This document shows, one piece after another, positions 8,184 to 15,147 of a stretch of 32,000 nucleotides of DNA; position 1 is the first letter of the stretch, and each line of letters starts with the position of its first letter. The position numbers were made by a program, and so were the translations under genes. This stretch comes from Candidatus Saganbacteria bacterium (GTDB lineage Bacteria > Margulisbacteria > WOR-1 > JAKLHX01), in contig JAPLKZ010000010.1 in the NCBI GenBank assembly GCA_026387835.1, positions 90,001 through 122,000 of the forward strand, written 5' to 3'. The notes beneath the pieces were generated by a model. That model made no database searches and was not told the DNA's origin. It saw nothing but the letters and a program-made list of their open reading frames with translations.

Positions 8184-8996
8184 TTATAAAAATATGATAC
8201 CAATTCCCGGACTGATTAACAAGCCGGCGTTTACATGCCGAGGTACCACCGCCAGATACTTGCGGAGAAGAAAAGCGTTATTACCGCAGCGGCTGTCATG
8301 GACGGCCCGAAAGGCGAAAGGTATCTCGTCACGCCGTCCTTTCTTCAAAAAGATCATGTAGGCCGATGCTGCTGCCGCTCCTACGATAAATGAAATAAAA
8401 AGGCAAAGCAATCCGTTCTGCCATCCGAAAAAAGCGCCGAAAAACGCCGCGAGTTTTATGTCTCCGCCGCCCATCGCTTCCTTTTTATAGAAATATGTAC
8501 CTAATTTATATATGACATACATTACAACAGCGCAGGAGACCGCGCCTATCAATGAGACCATTATTTTCCCAGAAAAATAGTTGTATGCCAACCCGGTCGC
8601 TAATCCCAGATAATTTGCCTGGTCAGGGATAATCTGCGTCTCAAGGTCCGCAAATGTAATAAGTACGATTATAGCGGCAAATGCCAGCATAAAAACAAGC
8701 TCCGGTGTGAGGCCGTACCTTTGATATATGAAAAAAAACAATGCCGCCGTGACCAGCTCGACGACAAGATATCTCGCGGATATCCGGTTTTTGCAGTACC
8801 TGCATTTGCCTCTCAAAAGCAGAAAGCTCAGTGCCGGAATAAGGTCAAAAAATGCCAGCCTGTGCCCGCATGCAGGACAGTTGGACGGGGGATATACTAT
8901 CGACAGGCAGCGCGGCAATCTGTAGACGCATACATTAATAAAACTTCCTGTCACGAGCCCCAGCACGATGACGGCTGTAGCCTCAAATAAAAACAT
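8184..8996 (-). CDS. pilD: Prepilin peptidase / N-methyltransferase (A24 family); C-terminus out of frame because of a 7-bp tandem duplication
   Basis: Zn-finger pairs CPACGHRL and CRYCKNRI are present, with catalytic Asp contexts FADLETQIIPD and GGGDIKL. After EIPFAF the frame yields a hydrophilic tail. Removing one copy of the repeat at 8308-8321 restores IPFGPSMTAAAVITLFFSASIWRWYLGM with a stop at 8231-8233. Confidence 0.9.
   Translation of the reverse strand: MFLFEATAVIVLGLVTGSFINVCVYRLPRCLSIVYPPSNCPACGHRLAFFDLIPALSFLLLRGKCRYCKNRISARYLVVELVTAALFFFIYQRYGLTPELVFMLAFAAIIVLITFADLETQIIPDQANYLGLATGLAYNYFSGKIMVSLIGAVSCAVVMYVIYKLGTYFYKKEAMGGGDIKLAAFFGAFFGWQNGLLCLFISFIVGAAAASAYMIFLKKGRRDEIPFAFRAVHDSRCGNNAFLLRKYLAVVPRHVNAGLLISPGIGIIFL
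8308..8321. repeat. Perfect 7-bp tandem duplication CGAAAGG|CGAAAGG inside pilD
   Basis: Read directly from the sequence: 8308-8314 equals 8315-8321. Confidence 0.95.
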
Positions 8997-9042
8997 TAAT
9001 TAGTATGTTATCAGAAATGCGGGCTTAAATAAAGAGTTTTTC

Positions 9043-9071
9043 TTTACATTTATTATTCGCCGTTATATAAT
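9043..9071 (+). promoter_or_regulatory. Putative sigma-70 promoter of pilB-pilC(-pilT): TTTACA-N17-TATAAT
   Basis: TTTACA is at 9043-9048 and TATAAT at 9066-9071. The ATG at 9087 lies 15 nt downstream, with no SD. Confidence 0.5.
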
Positions 9072-9086
9072 AGCTTAAAATCAAAC

Positions 9087-10784
9087 ATGTTAAAAGAAAA
9101 AAACTCCCTGGGTGAATCGCTTGTAGAGAAGAAGATCATCACAAAAGAACAGCTCGCTTCCGCCGAGCAGGAATCAAAACTGAGCAACGAACCCCTCAGA
9201 AAAACTCTTGTCAGGCTCAACATGGTAAAGGAGACCGATATAATCTCGTTCTTCGAACAGTATCTTCATATCCCGTATGTGGACCTTAGCAGTTATATCA
9301 TAGACCCAAAGATGATCGCGTTGATCACCGAAGAATTCGCGAACGTCAACCATACGATCCCTCTTTTCAAGGCCGGGGAGATCCTGACCGTAGCCATGGT
9401 CGATCCGCTGAACGTAATGGTGCTTGACGAATTGCGCTCAAGGACAAAATGCACGATAGAGCCCGTGCTGACCACCGAAACCGATATCAAAAAAGCCCTT
9501 AACCAGTATTACGGTGTCGGGTCGTCCATAGACGATGTCGTCAAAAAGATGGACACGGAACTCGTGATGGAGGAAAAAGCGGAAGAAGAGCTTTCCACGG
9601 ACAAGATAAGGCTCGCGGCCGAACAGGCTCCTATCATCAAACTTGTGAACATACTGATAAGGGATGCCATAAAAGACAGTGCTTCGGACATACATGTCAA
9701 TCCCGAGGAAAAGATGGTCAGGATAAGATACAGGATAGACGGTATCCTCCACGAAGTCTCAACCCTGCCCAAATATCTCCAGGCAGCGGTCATCTCAAGG
9801 ATAAAGATCATGTCCGACATGAACATAGCGGTAAAAAGAAGTCCGCAGGACGGAAGGTTCAGGATAAAGATCGACAATAACCAGATAGACCTCAGGATCT
9901 CTTCGTTCCCTTCGGTCCACGGAGAGAACATCGTGATGAGGATACTGGATCCCAATAGTCTGCTGATAGGTCTCGAGCAGCTGGGTTTCTCGCTGGAAAT
10001 GCTTGAAAAGTTCAAATTGCTCATTAAAAAACCTTACGGGATGCTGCTTGTGACCGGACCGACAGGCTCCGGCAAGACAACTACGCTTTATTCCGCGTTA
10101 TCCTCGATAAACTCGCCCGAAAAGAACATAATAACCCTGGAAGACCCGGTAGAATACCAGCTGGAGATGGTGAGACAGTCCCAGATAAACCCTAAGGCCG
10201 GGCTGACTTTTTCGACCGGGCTGAGATCTATACTCCGCCAGGACCCTGATGTGGTAATGGTCGGAGAGATAAGGGACAAAGAGACCGCCGAGATCTCGAT
10301 CCAGGCCGCTTTGACGGGACATCTTGTCTTTTCGACCCTTCATACCAACGATTCATCCGGCGCATTGACCAGGCTTATCGATATGGGAGTGGAGCCTTTC
10401 CTTGTCTCCTCTTCCGTGATCGGGATACAGGCACAAAGGCTTGTAAGAAAGATCTGCAAGAGCTGCAAGGAATCGTACACACCTAGTGAAAAGACCCTTA
10501 AAGACCTCGGCATCGAAGATACCAAGGGCAAGATCATCTTTTACAGGGGAAAAGGATGCAAGAACTGCAAGTGCACCGGTTACAAAGGAAGGATCGGCAT
10601 CTACGAACTGCTGATCATGAACGAAAAAATAAGGGGGCTTGTGCTTGAAAGGAATTCCGTGGATGCCATCAGAAAAGCGGCCCAGGAAGCAGGGATGAAG
10701 ACATTGAGAGAAGACGGACTTAAAAAAGCTTTTGACGGTGTCACTTCTATCGAAGAAGTGATCAGGGCGACTACAATAGAATAA
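9087..10784 (+). CDS. pilB: Type IV pilus assembly (extension) ATPase, GspE/PilB family
   Basis: 565 aa with an N-terminal T2SSE_N-type domain. Motifs: Walker A GPTGSGKTTT, Walker B/Asp box DPDVVMVGEIRD, His box TGHLVFSTLHTN, and the tetracysteine cluster CKSCKESY...CKNCKCTGYKGR. Confidence 0.95.
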   Translation: MLKEKNSLGESLVEKKIITKEQLASAEQESKLSNEPLRKTLVRLNMVKETDIISFFEQYLHIPYVDLSSYIIDPKMIALITEEFANVNHTIPLFKAGEILTVAMVDPLNVMVLDELRSRTKCTIEPVLTTETDIKKALNQYYGVGSSIDDVVKKMDTELVMEEKAEEELSTDKIRLAAEQAPIIKLVNILIRDAIKDSASDIHVNPEEKMVRIRYRIDGILHEVSTLPKYLQAAVISRIKIMSDMNIAVKRSPQDGRFRIKIDNNQIDLRISSFPSVHGENIVMRILDPNSLLIGLEQLGFSLEMLEKFKLLIKKPYGMLLVTGPTGSGKTTTLYSALSSINSPEKNIITLEDPVEYQLEMVRQSQINPKAGLTFSTGLRSILRQDPDVVMVGEIRDKETAEISIQAALTGHLVFSTLHTNDSSGALTRLIDMGVEPFLVSSSVIGIQAQRLVRKICKSCKESYTPSEKTLKDLGIEDTKGKIIFYRGKGCKNCKCTGYKGRIGIYELLIMNEKIRGLVLERNSVDAIRKAAQEAGMKTLREDGLKKAFDGVTSIEEVIRATTIE

Positions 10785-10785
10785 T

Positions 10786-12009
10786 ATGCCTTTTTATATT
10801 TACCAGGGTATCGACAAGTTCGGCAACAAAGTAAGAAAGACGATCGAATCGCCGAACAGGGACGTACTCGCCGAAAATCTCTTAAAGCAGAATTTCACTA
10901 TCCTTTCCGTCAAGGAGAAGAAGCCGGGACTGGATATCGGGTTCATCGACGAGATACTAAAAAAATCCGTGAAGGTTAAGATCTACGATCTTGTGATGTT
11001 CCTTGTCCAGCTTTCAAACATGCTCAGCGCCGGAATGACCCTTCCCGCCGCTCTCACGACCCTCGCGGAGCAGACAGACAATAAAAAATTGAAATCCGCC
11101 GTTGCCGAAATATCCGAAGATATCAAACAGGGCAGGACTTTTTCGGAATCGCTTGAAAAGCACAAGGATATTTTTTCGAGCGTGTTCGTCAACATGGTGG
11201 CTGCGGGAGAGACCTCTGGCAACCTTGATGAGATCCTGAGCAGGCTCGCAGGCTTCACGGAGCACGAAGCGGAACTCGGGCAGAAGATCTCATCCGCGAT
11301 GATGTACCCTATGATACTCATGATAACCGGCATCATTGTGGTGTGTTTCGTCGTCACCACCGTAATTCCTCCTTTTGCCAAGATCTTTATGGACGCGGGG
11401 GTGCCCCTGCCGCTGCCTACTCTTATGCTCTTTAACCTCAACCTTATCATCAGGGCTACATGGATCTATTTGATCATTGCCGCGGCCGCAGGATGGACCG
11501 CGGTAAAGTTCTTCTCAAAAGATCCTGCCGTAAAAATAAAGATCGATTCCATCAAGCTCAATATGCCTCTTTGGGGAGATCTTCTGAGAAAAGTTACGAT
11601 AGCCCGGCTTTCAAGGACCCTTTCGGCTCTCCTTTCAAGCGGTGTCCCGATGATACAGGCGCTTGAGATAACCGAAAAGACCATCGATATCGCCCCTCTG
11701 GCAGCAGTGATCCGCGACGTGGCCGCGGCGGTCGGCAAGGGCCAGAACTTAAGCGAACCCCTGAGAGCGAGCAGGCAATTCCCTCCGATGACCGTACATA
11801 TGATAGCCGTCGGCGAAGAGACCGGGACCATTGAGACAATGTTGAACAAGATCGGGGACTTTTACGATATGGCCAGCGATTACGCGATAAAAAAAATGAC
11901 ATCGCTTCTTGAGCCGATGTTCCTTGTGATAATCGCAGTCCTGGTGGGTTTTATCTTTGCATCGATCCTGCTGCCTATATTCCAGATGGTCAAGACGTTG
12001 AAACATTGA
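10786..12009 (+). CDS. pilC: Type IV pilus platform protein, GspF/PilC family
   Basis: 407 aa. It has two T2SSF repeats (MLSAGMTLPAALTTLAEQ...AAGETSGNLDEIL and LLSSGVPMIQALEITEK...AVGEETGTIETML) and 3 TM segments. Confidence 0.93.
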   Translation: MPFYIYQGIDKFGNKVRKTIESPNRDVLAENLLKQNFTILSVKEKKPGLDIGFIDEILKKSVKVKIYDLVMFLVQLSNMLSAGMTLPAALTTLAEQTDNKKLKSAVAEISEDIKQGRTFSESLEKHKDIFSSVFVNMVAAGETSGNLDEILSRLAGFTEHEAELGQKISSAMMYPMILMITGIIVVCFVVTTVIPPFAKIFMDAGVPLPLPTLMLFNLNLIIRATWIYLIIAAAAGWTAVKFFSKDPAVKIKIDSIKLNMPLWGDLLRKVTIARLSRTLSALLSSGVPMIQALEITEKTIDIAPLAAVIRDVAAAVGKGQNLSEPLRASRQFPPMTVHMIAVGEETGTIETMLNKIGDFYDMASDYAIKKMTSLLEPMFLVIIAVLVGFIFASILLPIFQMVKTLKH

Positions 12010-12056
12010 CAGGTGTATAATATATTCTGCATAATCTTAAAGGAGCGGATGCGGAT

Positions 12057-13115
12057 ATGGAAATAAAGACCCTGCTGAAAACAGTGACCCAAAAAGGTGC
12101 CTCCGACCTGATAATCGTAGCGAACTCCAAACCGATCATAAGGCTCGGGGGAAGTCTGATCCCTTTAGGGGAAGAAACCCTGGACAAGGCGAAGGCAAAA
12201 GAATTGATCTACTCCATGCTTACCCCGCATCAGATAGAAATATTTGAACGGACAAAAGAGCTTGACAGCTCCTACGAGCTTCAGGGAGTATGCCGCTTCA
12301 GGGTGAATGTCCACTTCCAGGAAGACAGCGTCGCGGCATCGCTTAGGACCATTCCTTCGGAAATACCTTCCGCCAAGTCGATGATGCTTCCGGACATCAT
12401 CAACGAGTTCATAAAAGAACCCAGAGGCATGGTGCTTATCACGGGACCCACGGGATCCGGCAAGAGCACGACACAGGCCGTCATGATCGACATCGTCAAT
12501 TCCACAAAAAGCCGCCATATTATCACGATCGAGGACCCTGTTGAGTTCATGCACAAGAACAAGAAAAGTATTATTGAACAAAGGGAGATCGGACAGGATA
12601 CCGAATCTTTCTCTGCCGCGCTGACGCACGTGCTCAGGCAGAACCCCGATGTGATCCTGATCGGAGAGATGAGGGATGTTGAGACAATTTCTATCGCAAT
12701 AACAGCGGCGGAGACCGGCCATCTGGTCATATCCACCCTGCACACCAACGACGCCGTTCAGACGATAGACAGGATAATCGATGTATTCCCTCCGCATCAG
12801 CAGAACCAGATCAGGACCCAGCTTGCCCTTACGCTCCGGGGTGTTATCTCGCAGCAGCTCATACCGAGGTCCGACGGCAAAGGGCTTGTACTTGCCGCGG
12901 AGGTCCTGGTCATCAACCAGGCGGTAAGCAATATCATCAGAAAAGGAAATACCCAGGAAATATCTTCGATGATAGAGATAGGCTCCAAATACGGCATGCA
13001 GACGATGGATGCCGCACTGAAAAACCTTTACAGAGAAGGCCTGATCTCTTATGAGAACGCCATGGCGCGGGCTGTAAATCCTGAAAACCTTGAAAAGCTT
13101 CTGGCCAAGGCCTGA
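12057..13115 (+). CDS. pilT: Twitching-motility retraction ATPase
   Basis: 352 aa. Motifs: Walker A GPTGSGKSTT, PDVILIGEMRD, and TGHLVISTLHTN. The PilT-type motif AVSNIIRKGNTQEI matches the AIRNLIRE region. Confidence 0.93.
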   Translation: MEIKTLLKTVTQKGASDLIIVANSKPIIRLGGSLIPLGEETLDKAKAKELIYSMLTPHQIEIFERTKELDSSYELQGVCRFRVNVHFQEDSVAASLRTIPSEIPSAKSMMLPDIINEFIKEPRGMVLITGPTGSGKSTTQAVMIDIVNSTKSRHIITIEDPVEFMHKNKKSIIEQREIGQDTESFSAALTHVLRQNPDVILIGEMRDVETISIAITAAETGHLVISTLHTNDAVQTIDRIIDVFPPHQQNQIRTQLALTLRGVISQQLIPRSDGKGLVLAAEVLVINQAVSNIIRKGNTQEISSMIEIGSKYGMQTMDAALKNLYREGLISYENAMARAVNPENLEKLLAKA

Positions 13116-13136
13116 CGGATGATGCAAAAATCGGTA

Positions 13137-13165
13137 TTGCCAATTAAAATGATTTAGTATATACT
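13137..13165 (+). promoter_or_regulatory. Putative sigma-70 promoter of pilin 1: TTGCCA-N17-TATACT
   Basis: TTGCCA is at 13137-13142 and TATACT at 13160-13165. This implies a leader of about 90 nt ending in the strong SD GGAGGAGGTGA. Confidence 0.5.
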
Positions 13166-13263
13166 TCTTAATTAAGCACATGGGCCCCGGCAAAGAATGT
13201 TTTTCCGGGTCTTTTGTGAAAGAGCTCATGCTAATTTGAAATACGGGAGGAGGTGAGAGTTTA

Positions 13264-13707
13264 ATGTTTAAAAGAAGAGGCTTCACATTGATCGAACTTT
13301 TAATTGTTATGGCTGTCATTGCTGTGCTTATAGGTATTGCCATACCAAGTTTCAGGGGAATGCAGCAGGAAGCTAAGACCGCAAAAGCGGGTGGCGACCT
13401 CAGGGTGTTGAAGTTGGCGGTTGAGGCTTACAATGCCAAACACAATACTCTTCCGGCTTCTCTTGGTATCCTGACTGCAGAGTCTAACGCAGTCATATCA
13501 GTTGAACCGACAGATGCTTTCTCAACAGTTGCATATTTATATGCAACCGAAGGCGGAACGACACCGAGATACTATGTAATATGGTCAATAGGACCTAACG
13601 CTTCAGCAACAGCTTGTACCGTGACGAGCGCTGGAGTTGTTACTGCCGGAGAGGCAAACCAGATAGGAGTGACTAACGGGACTCCCCCAAACTCTAACTG
13701 GAAGTAA
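13264..13707 (+). CDS. Type IV pilin (probable major subunit), GspG-like fold
   Basis: The class III signal is MFKRRG|FTLIELLIVMAVIAVLIGIAIP. It has the strongest SD in the window, its own promoter, and an intrinsic terminator immediately downstream. Confidence 0.9.
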   Translation: MFKRRGFTLIELLIVMAVIAVLIGIAIPSFRGMQQEAKTAKAGGDLRVLKLAVEAYNAKHNTLPASLGILTAESNAVISVEPTDAFSTVAYLYATEGGTTPRYYVIWSIGPNASATACTVTSAGVVTAGEANQIGVTNGTPPNSNWK

Positions 13708-13729
13708 GTTTTTGATCTAATAAAAATGG

Positions 13730-13758
13730 GCCCCGATCCGATCGGGGCTTATTTTTTT
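13730..13758 (+). terminator. Rho-independent terminator after pilin 1
   Basis: GCCCCGAT-CCG-ATCGGGGC forms an 8-bp GC-rich stem, followed by TTATTTTTTT. Confidence 0.75.
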
Positions 13759-13759
13759 A

Positions 13760-13768
13760 TGCTATAAT
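13760..13768 (+). promoter_or_regulatory. Extended -10 element TGcTATAAT upstream of pilin 2
   Basis: TG is at 13760-13761 and TATAAT at 13763-13768. The ATG at 13779 is 10 nt downstream with no SD. There is no good -35 box; the terminator T-tract occupies that region. Confidence 0.35.
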
Positions 13769-13778
13769 TTCTAAAATC

Positions 13779-14204
13779 ATGAAAAACAAAGGCTTTACTG
13801 TGATAGAGCTTGTTATGGTCATAGCCATCATCTCGATAATCCTTTCTGTCGCAGCAATGAATTTTTTTAATATCCAGAACGATGCCCGAGGGAGCAAAAT
13901 AGAAAGTGATCTTCGCGTGCTCAAGCTGGCGGCAGAAACTTTCTGTTCCTCAAAAATGAAATATCCCGACGATTTATTGCAGCTGGAAAACGGACCGGTA
14001 ATTCAAACCCTGCCAAAAGATCCCTATAATTCGGACAACAATTACCAGTATTTTGTCTGTAGAGATTATTTCGCTATATGGTCAGTGGGACTGAACGGAA
14101 CAAGCGGAACGGTGATAATCAATTTCGGCGGCAAGGTTGACGATACCGATGCAGATGATATAGGCACTACCAACGGTGCCTGCCCGAACTTATACTGGAA
14201 ATAG
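13779..14204 (+). CDS. Type IV pilin paralog (GspG-like)
   Basis: The signal is MKNKG|FTVIELVMVIAIISIILSV. It shares DLRVLKLA, (I/A)WS(I/V)G, IG(V/T)TNG and the C-terminal N-x-x-WK with pilin 1. Confidence 0.88.
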   Translation: MKNKGFTVIELVMVIAIISIILSVAAMNFFNIQNDARGSKIESDLRVLKLAAETFCSSKMKYPDDLLQLENGPVIQTLPKDPYNSDNNYQYFVCRDYFAIWSVGLNGTSGTVIINFGGKVDDTDADDIGTTNGACPNLYWK

Positions 14205-14213
14205 AAAAATTCC

Positions 14214-14242
14214 TTTACAATATATATCTTCTCTGTTATAAT
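14214..14242 (+). promoter_or_regulatory. Putative sigma-70 promoter of the minor-pilin/pilMNOPQ operon: TTTACA-N17-TATAAT
   Basis: TTTACA is at 14214-14219 and TATAAT at 14237-14242. The ATG at 14252 is 9 nt downstream, with no SD. Confidence 0.5.
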
Positions 14243-14251
14243 CTTTGAAAA

Positions 14252-14653
14252 ATGGTATATATCAAATCGTTTTTTGATGTCCGTCCATCAAAGGCCGGTT
14301 TTACGCTGCTTGAGATGGTGATCGTCCTCGCTGTTCTGTCCCTTGGGCTTCTTCCCATAATGCTCCTTTTTTCAAGCGGGATAACAGCCAGTTCCGACGC
14401 GACCAACAGGTCCGTCGCCGTCCAGCTGGCCCAGCAGAAGATGGAACAGATAAAGGGCCTGTCATATTCAGACATTGAAAGTACAAGCGAAGCTTTCGGC
14501 CAGATCTCCGGATTCAGCAATTTTTCAAGGGCTGTCACATCTTCTACGGCTGAAGGGAGTCCCGATCTGATAGATGTAAAGGTCAATGTCCAATGGCAAA
14601 GCGGGCCGTCTATAGGAAGTTATGAAGTCGAGACATTTATCGCAAATTATTAA
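14252..14653 (+). CDS. Minor pilin, PilV/GspI-like
   Basis: The cleavage/methylation motif is SKAG|FTLLEMVIVLAVLSLGLL. It is followed by AVQLAQQKMEQIKGLSYSDI, typical of PilV-type minor pilins. Confidence 0.8.
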   Translation: MVYIKSFFDVRPSKAGFTLLEMVIVLAVLSLGLLPIMLLFSSGITASSDATNRSVAVQLAQQKMEQIKGLSYSDIESTSEAFGQISGFSNFSRAVTSSTAEGSPDLIDVKVNVQWQSGPSIGSYEVETFIANY

Positions 14654-14658
14654 GCATT

Positions 14659-15147
14659 ATGAGAAAGAACGGATTTTCTTTGATAGAGCTCGTGACCGTC
14701 ATAGCAATACTCGTGTTGGTGGTGTCTTTGCTAGTAACGATATACTTAGCGGGAGCGGACATATTCGGAACGGAGAAAAATTTATCTGACATCGCGATCG
14801 AGGGGGACAGGGCAATGAAAACAATGGTCGATGAAATAAGGAACGGCCGTGAAGTGACCGTTGCTGATAATAGGCAGTTCACGTTCTGGATGCAGGATGC
14901 GGACAATGATACAGTGATAGATTCCTCCGAGACGGTGTCTTATTCCTGGGATGGAACATCCGGCGGAAATCTGTTAAGGGCCGTTGCCGGAGTTCCTTTC
15001 ATCCTGTCAAAATATGTGAATGATCTGAACTTTACTTATGACAGCGGCACCTTGTCATCCATCAGGAGCGTAAACATCCGGCTTACAAACAGTATCGGAA
15101 CTGATGTTCACACGCTTGAATCCACGGTCCGGCTGAGGAATTTATGA
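14659..15147 (+). CDS. Minor pilin, PilW/GspJ-like
   Basis: The signal is MRKNG|FSLIELVTVIAILVLVVSLLV. At 162 aa, it sits in the order expected of a minor-pilin operon. Confidence 0.8.
   Translation: MRKNGFSLIELVTVIAILVLVVSLLVTIYLAGADIFGTEKNLSDIAIEGDRAMKTMVDEIRNGREVTVADNRQFTFWMQDADNDTVIDSSETVSYSWDGTSGGNLLRAVAGVPFILSKYVNDLNFTYDSGTLSSIRSVNIRLTNSIGTDVHTLESTVRLRNL

Noticed and set aside
9087-9200. An MshEN-type c-di-GMP binding motif in the PilB N-terminus (SLGESLVEKKIITKEQLASAEQ).
   Set aside because: Only the LG-x-x-LV start resembles the motif. The conserved Gly and the L-x-x-x-L-x-x-Q spacing are not met, so no claim of c-di-GMP binding is justified.
12010-12056. An internal promoter for pilT (TGTATAAT at 12014-12021).
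   Set aside because: The TG abuts the hexamer instead of being spaced by one nt. No -35 box lies at 16-18 nt, because the nearby TTGACA and TTGAAA are 4 and 12 nt away. pilT has a normal SD (AAAGGAG), consistent with read-through from pilBC.
13116-13263. A sigma-54 promoter, NtrC-type dyad or c-di-GMP riboswitch upstream of the major pilin, as expected from PilR/pilA systems and GEMM-regulated pilins.
   Set aside because: No GG-N10-GC element with TTGC is present. The only TGCA...TGCC pair (13123-13141) has the wrong spacing and half-sites. The roughly 90-nt leader has one modest stem-loop and a GGCAAAG string, but none of the paired GEMM helices. A sigma-70-type TTGCCA-N17-TATACT fits better.
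13180-13735. The 10-mer ATGGGCCCCG occurs on both sides of pilin 1 (13180-13189 and 13726-13735), suggesting a cassette flanked by direct repeats.
   Set aside because: Many chance 10-mer repeats are expected in a 32-kb window. Each copy is simply the 5' arm of a different GC hairpin, and there is no recombinase or further repeat structure.
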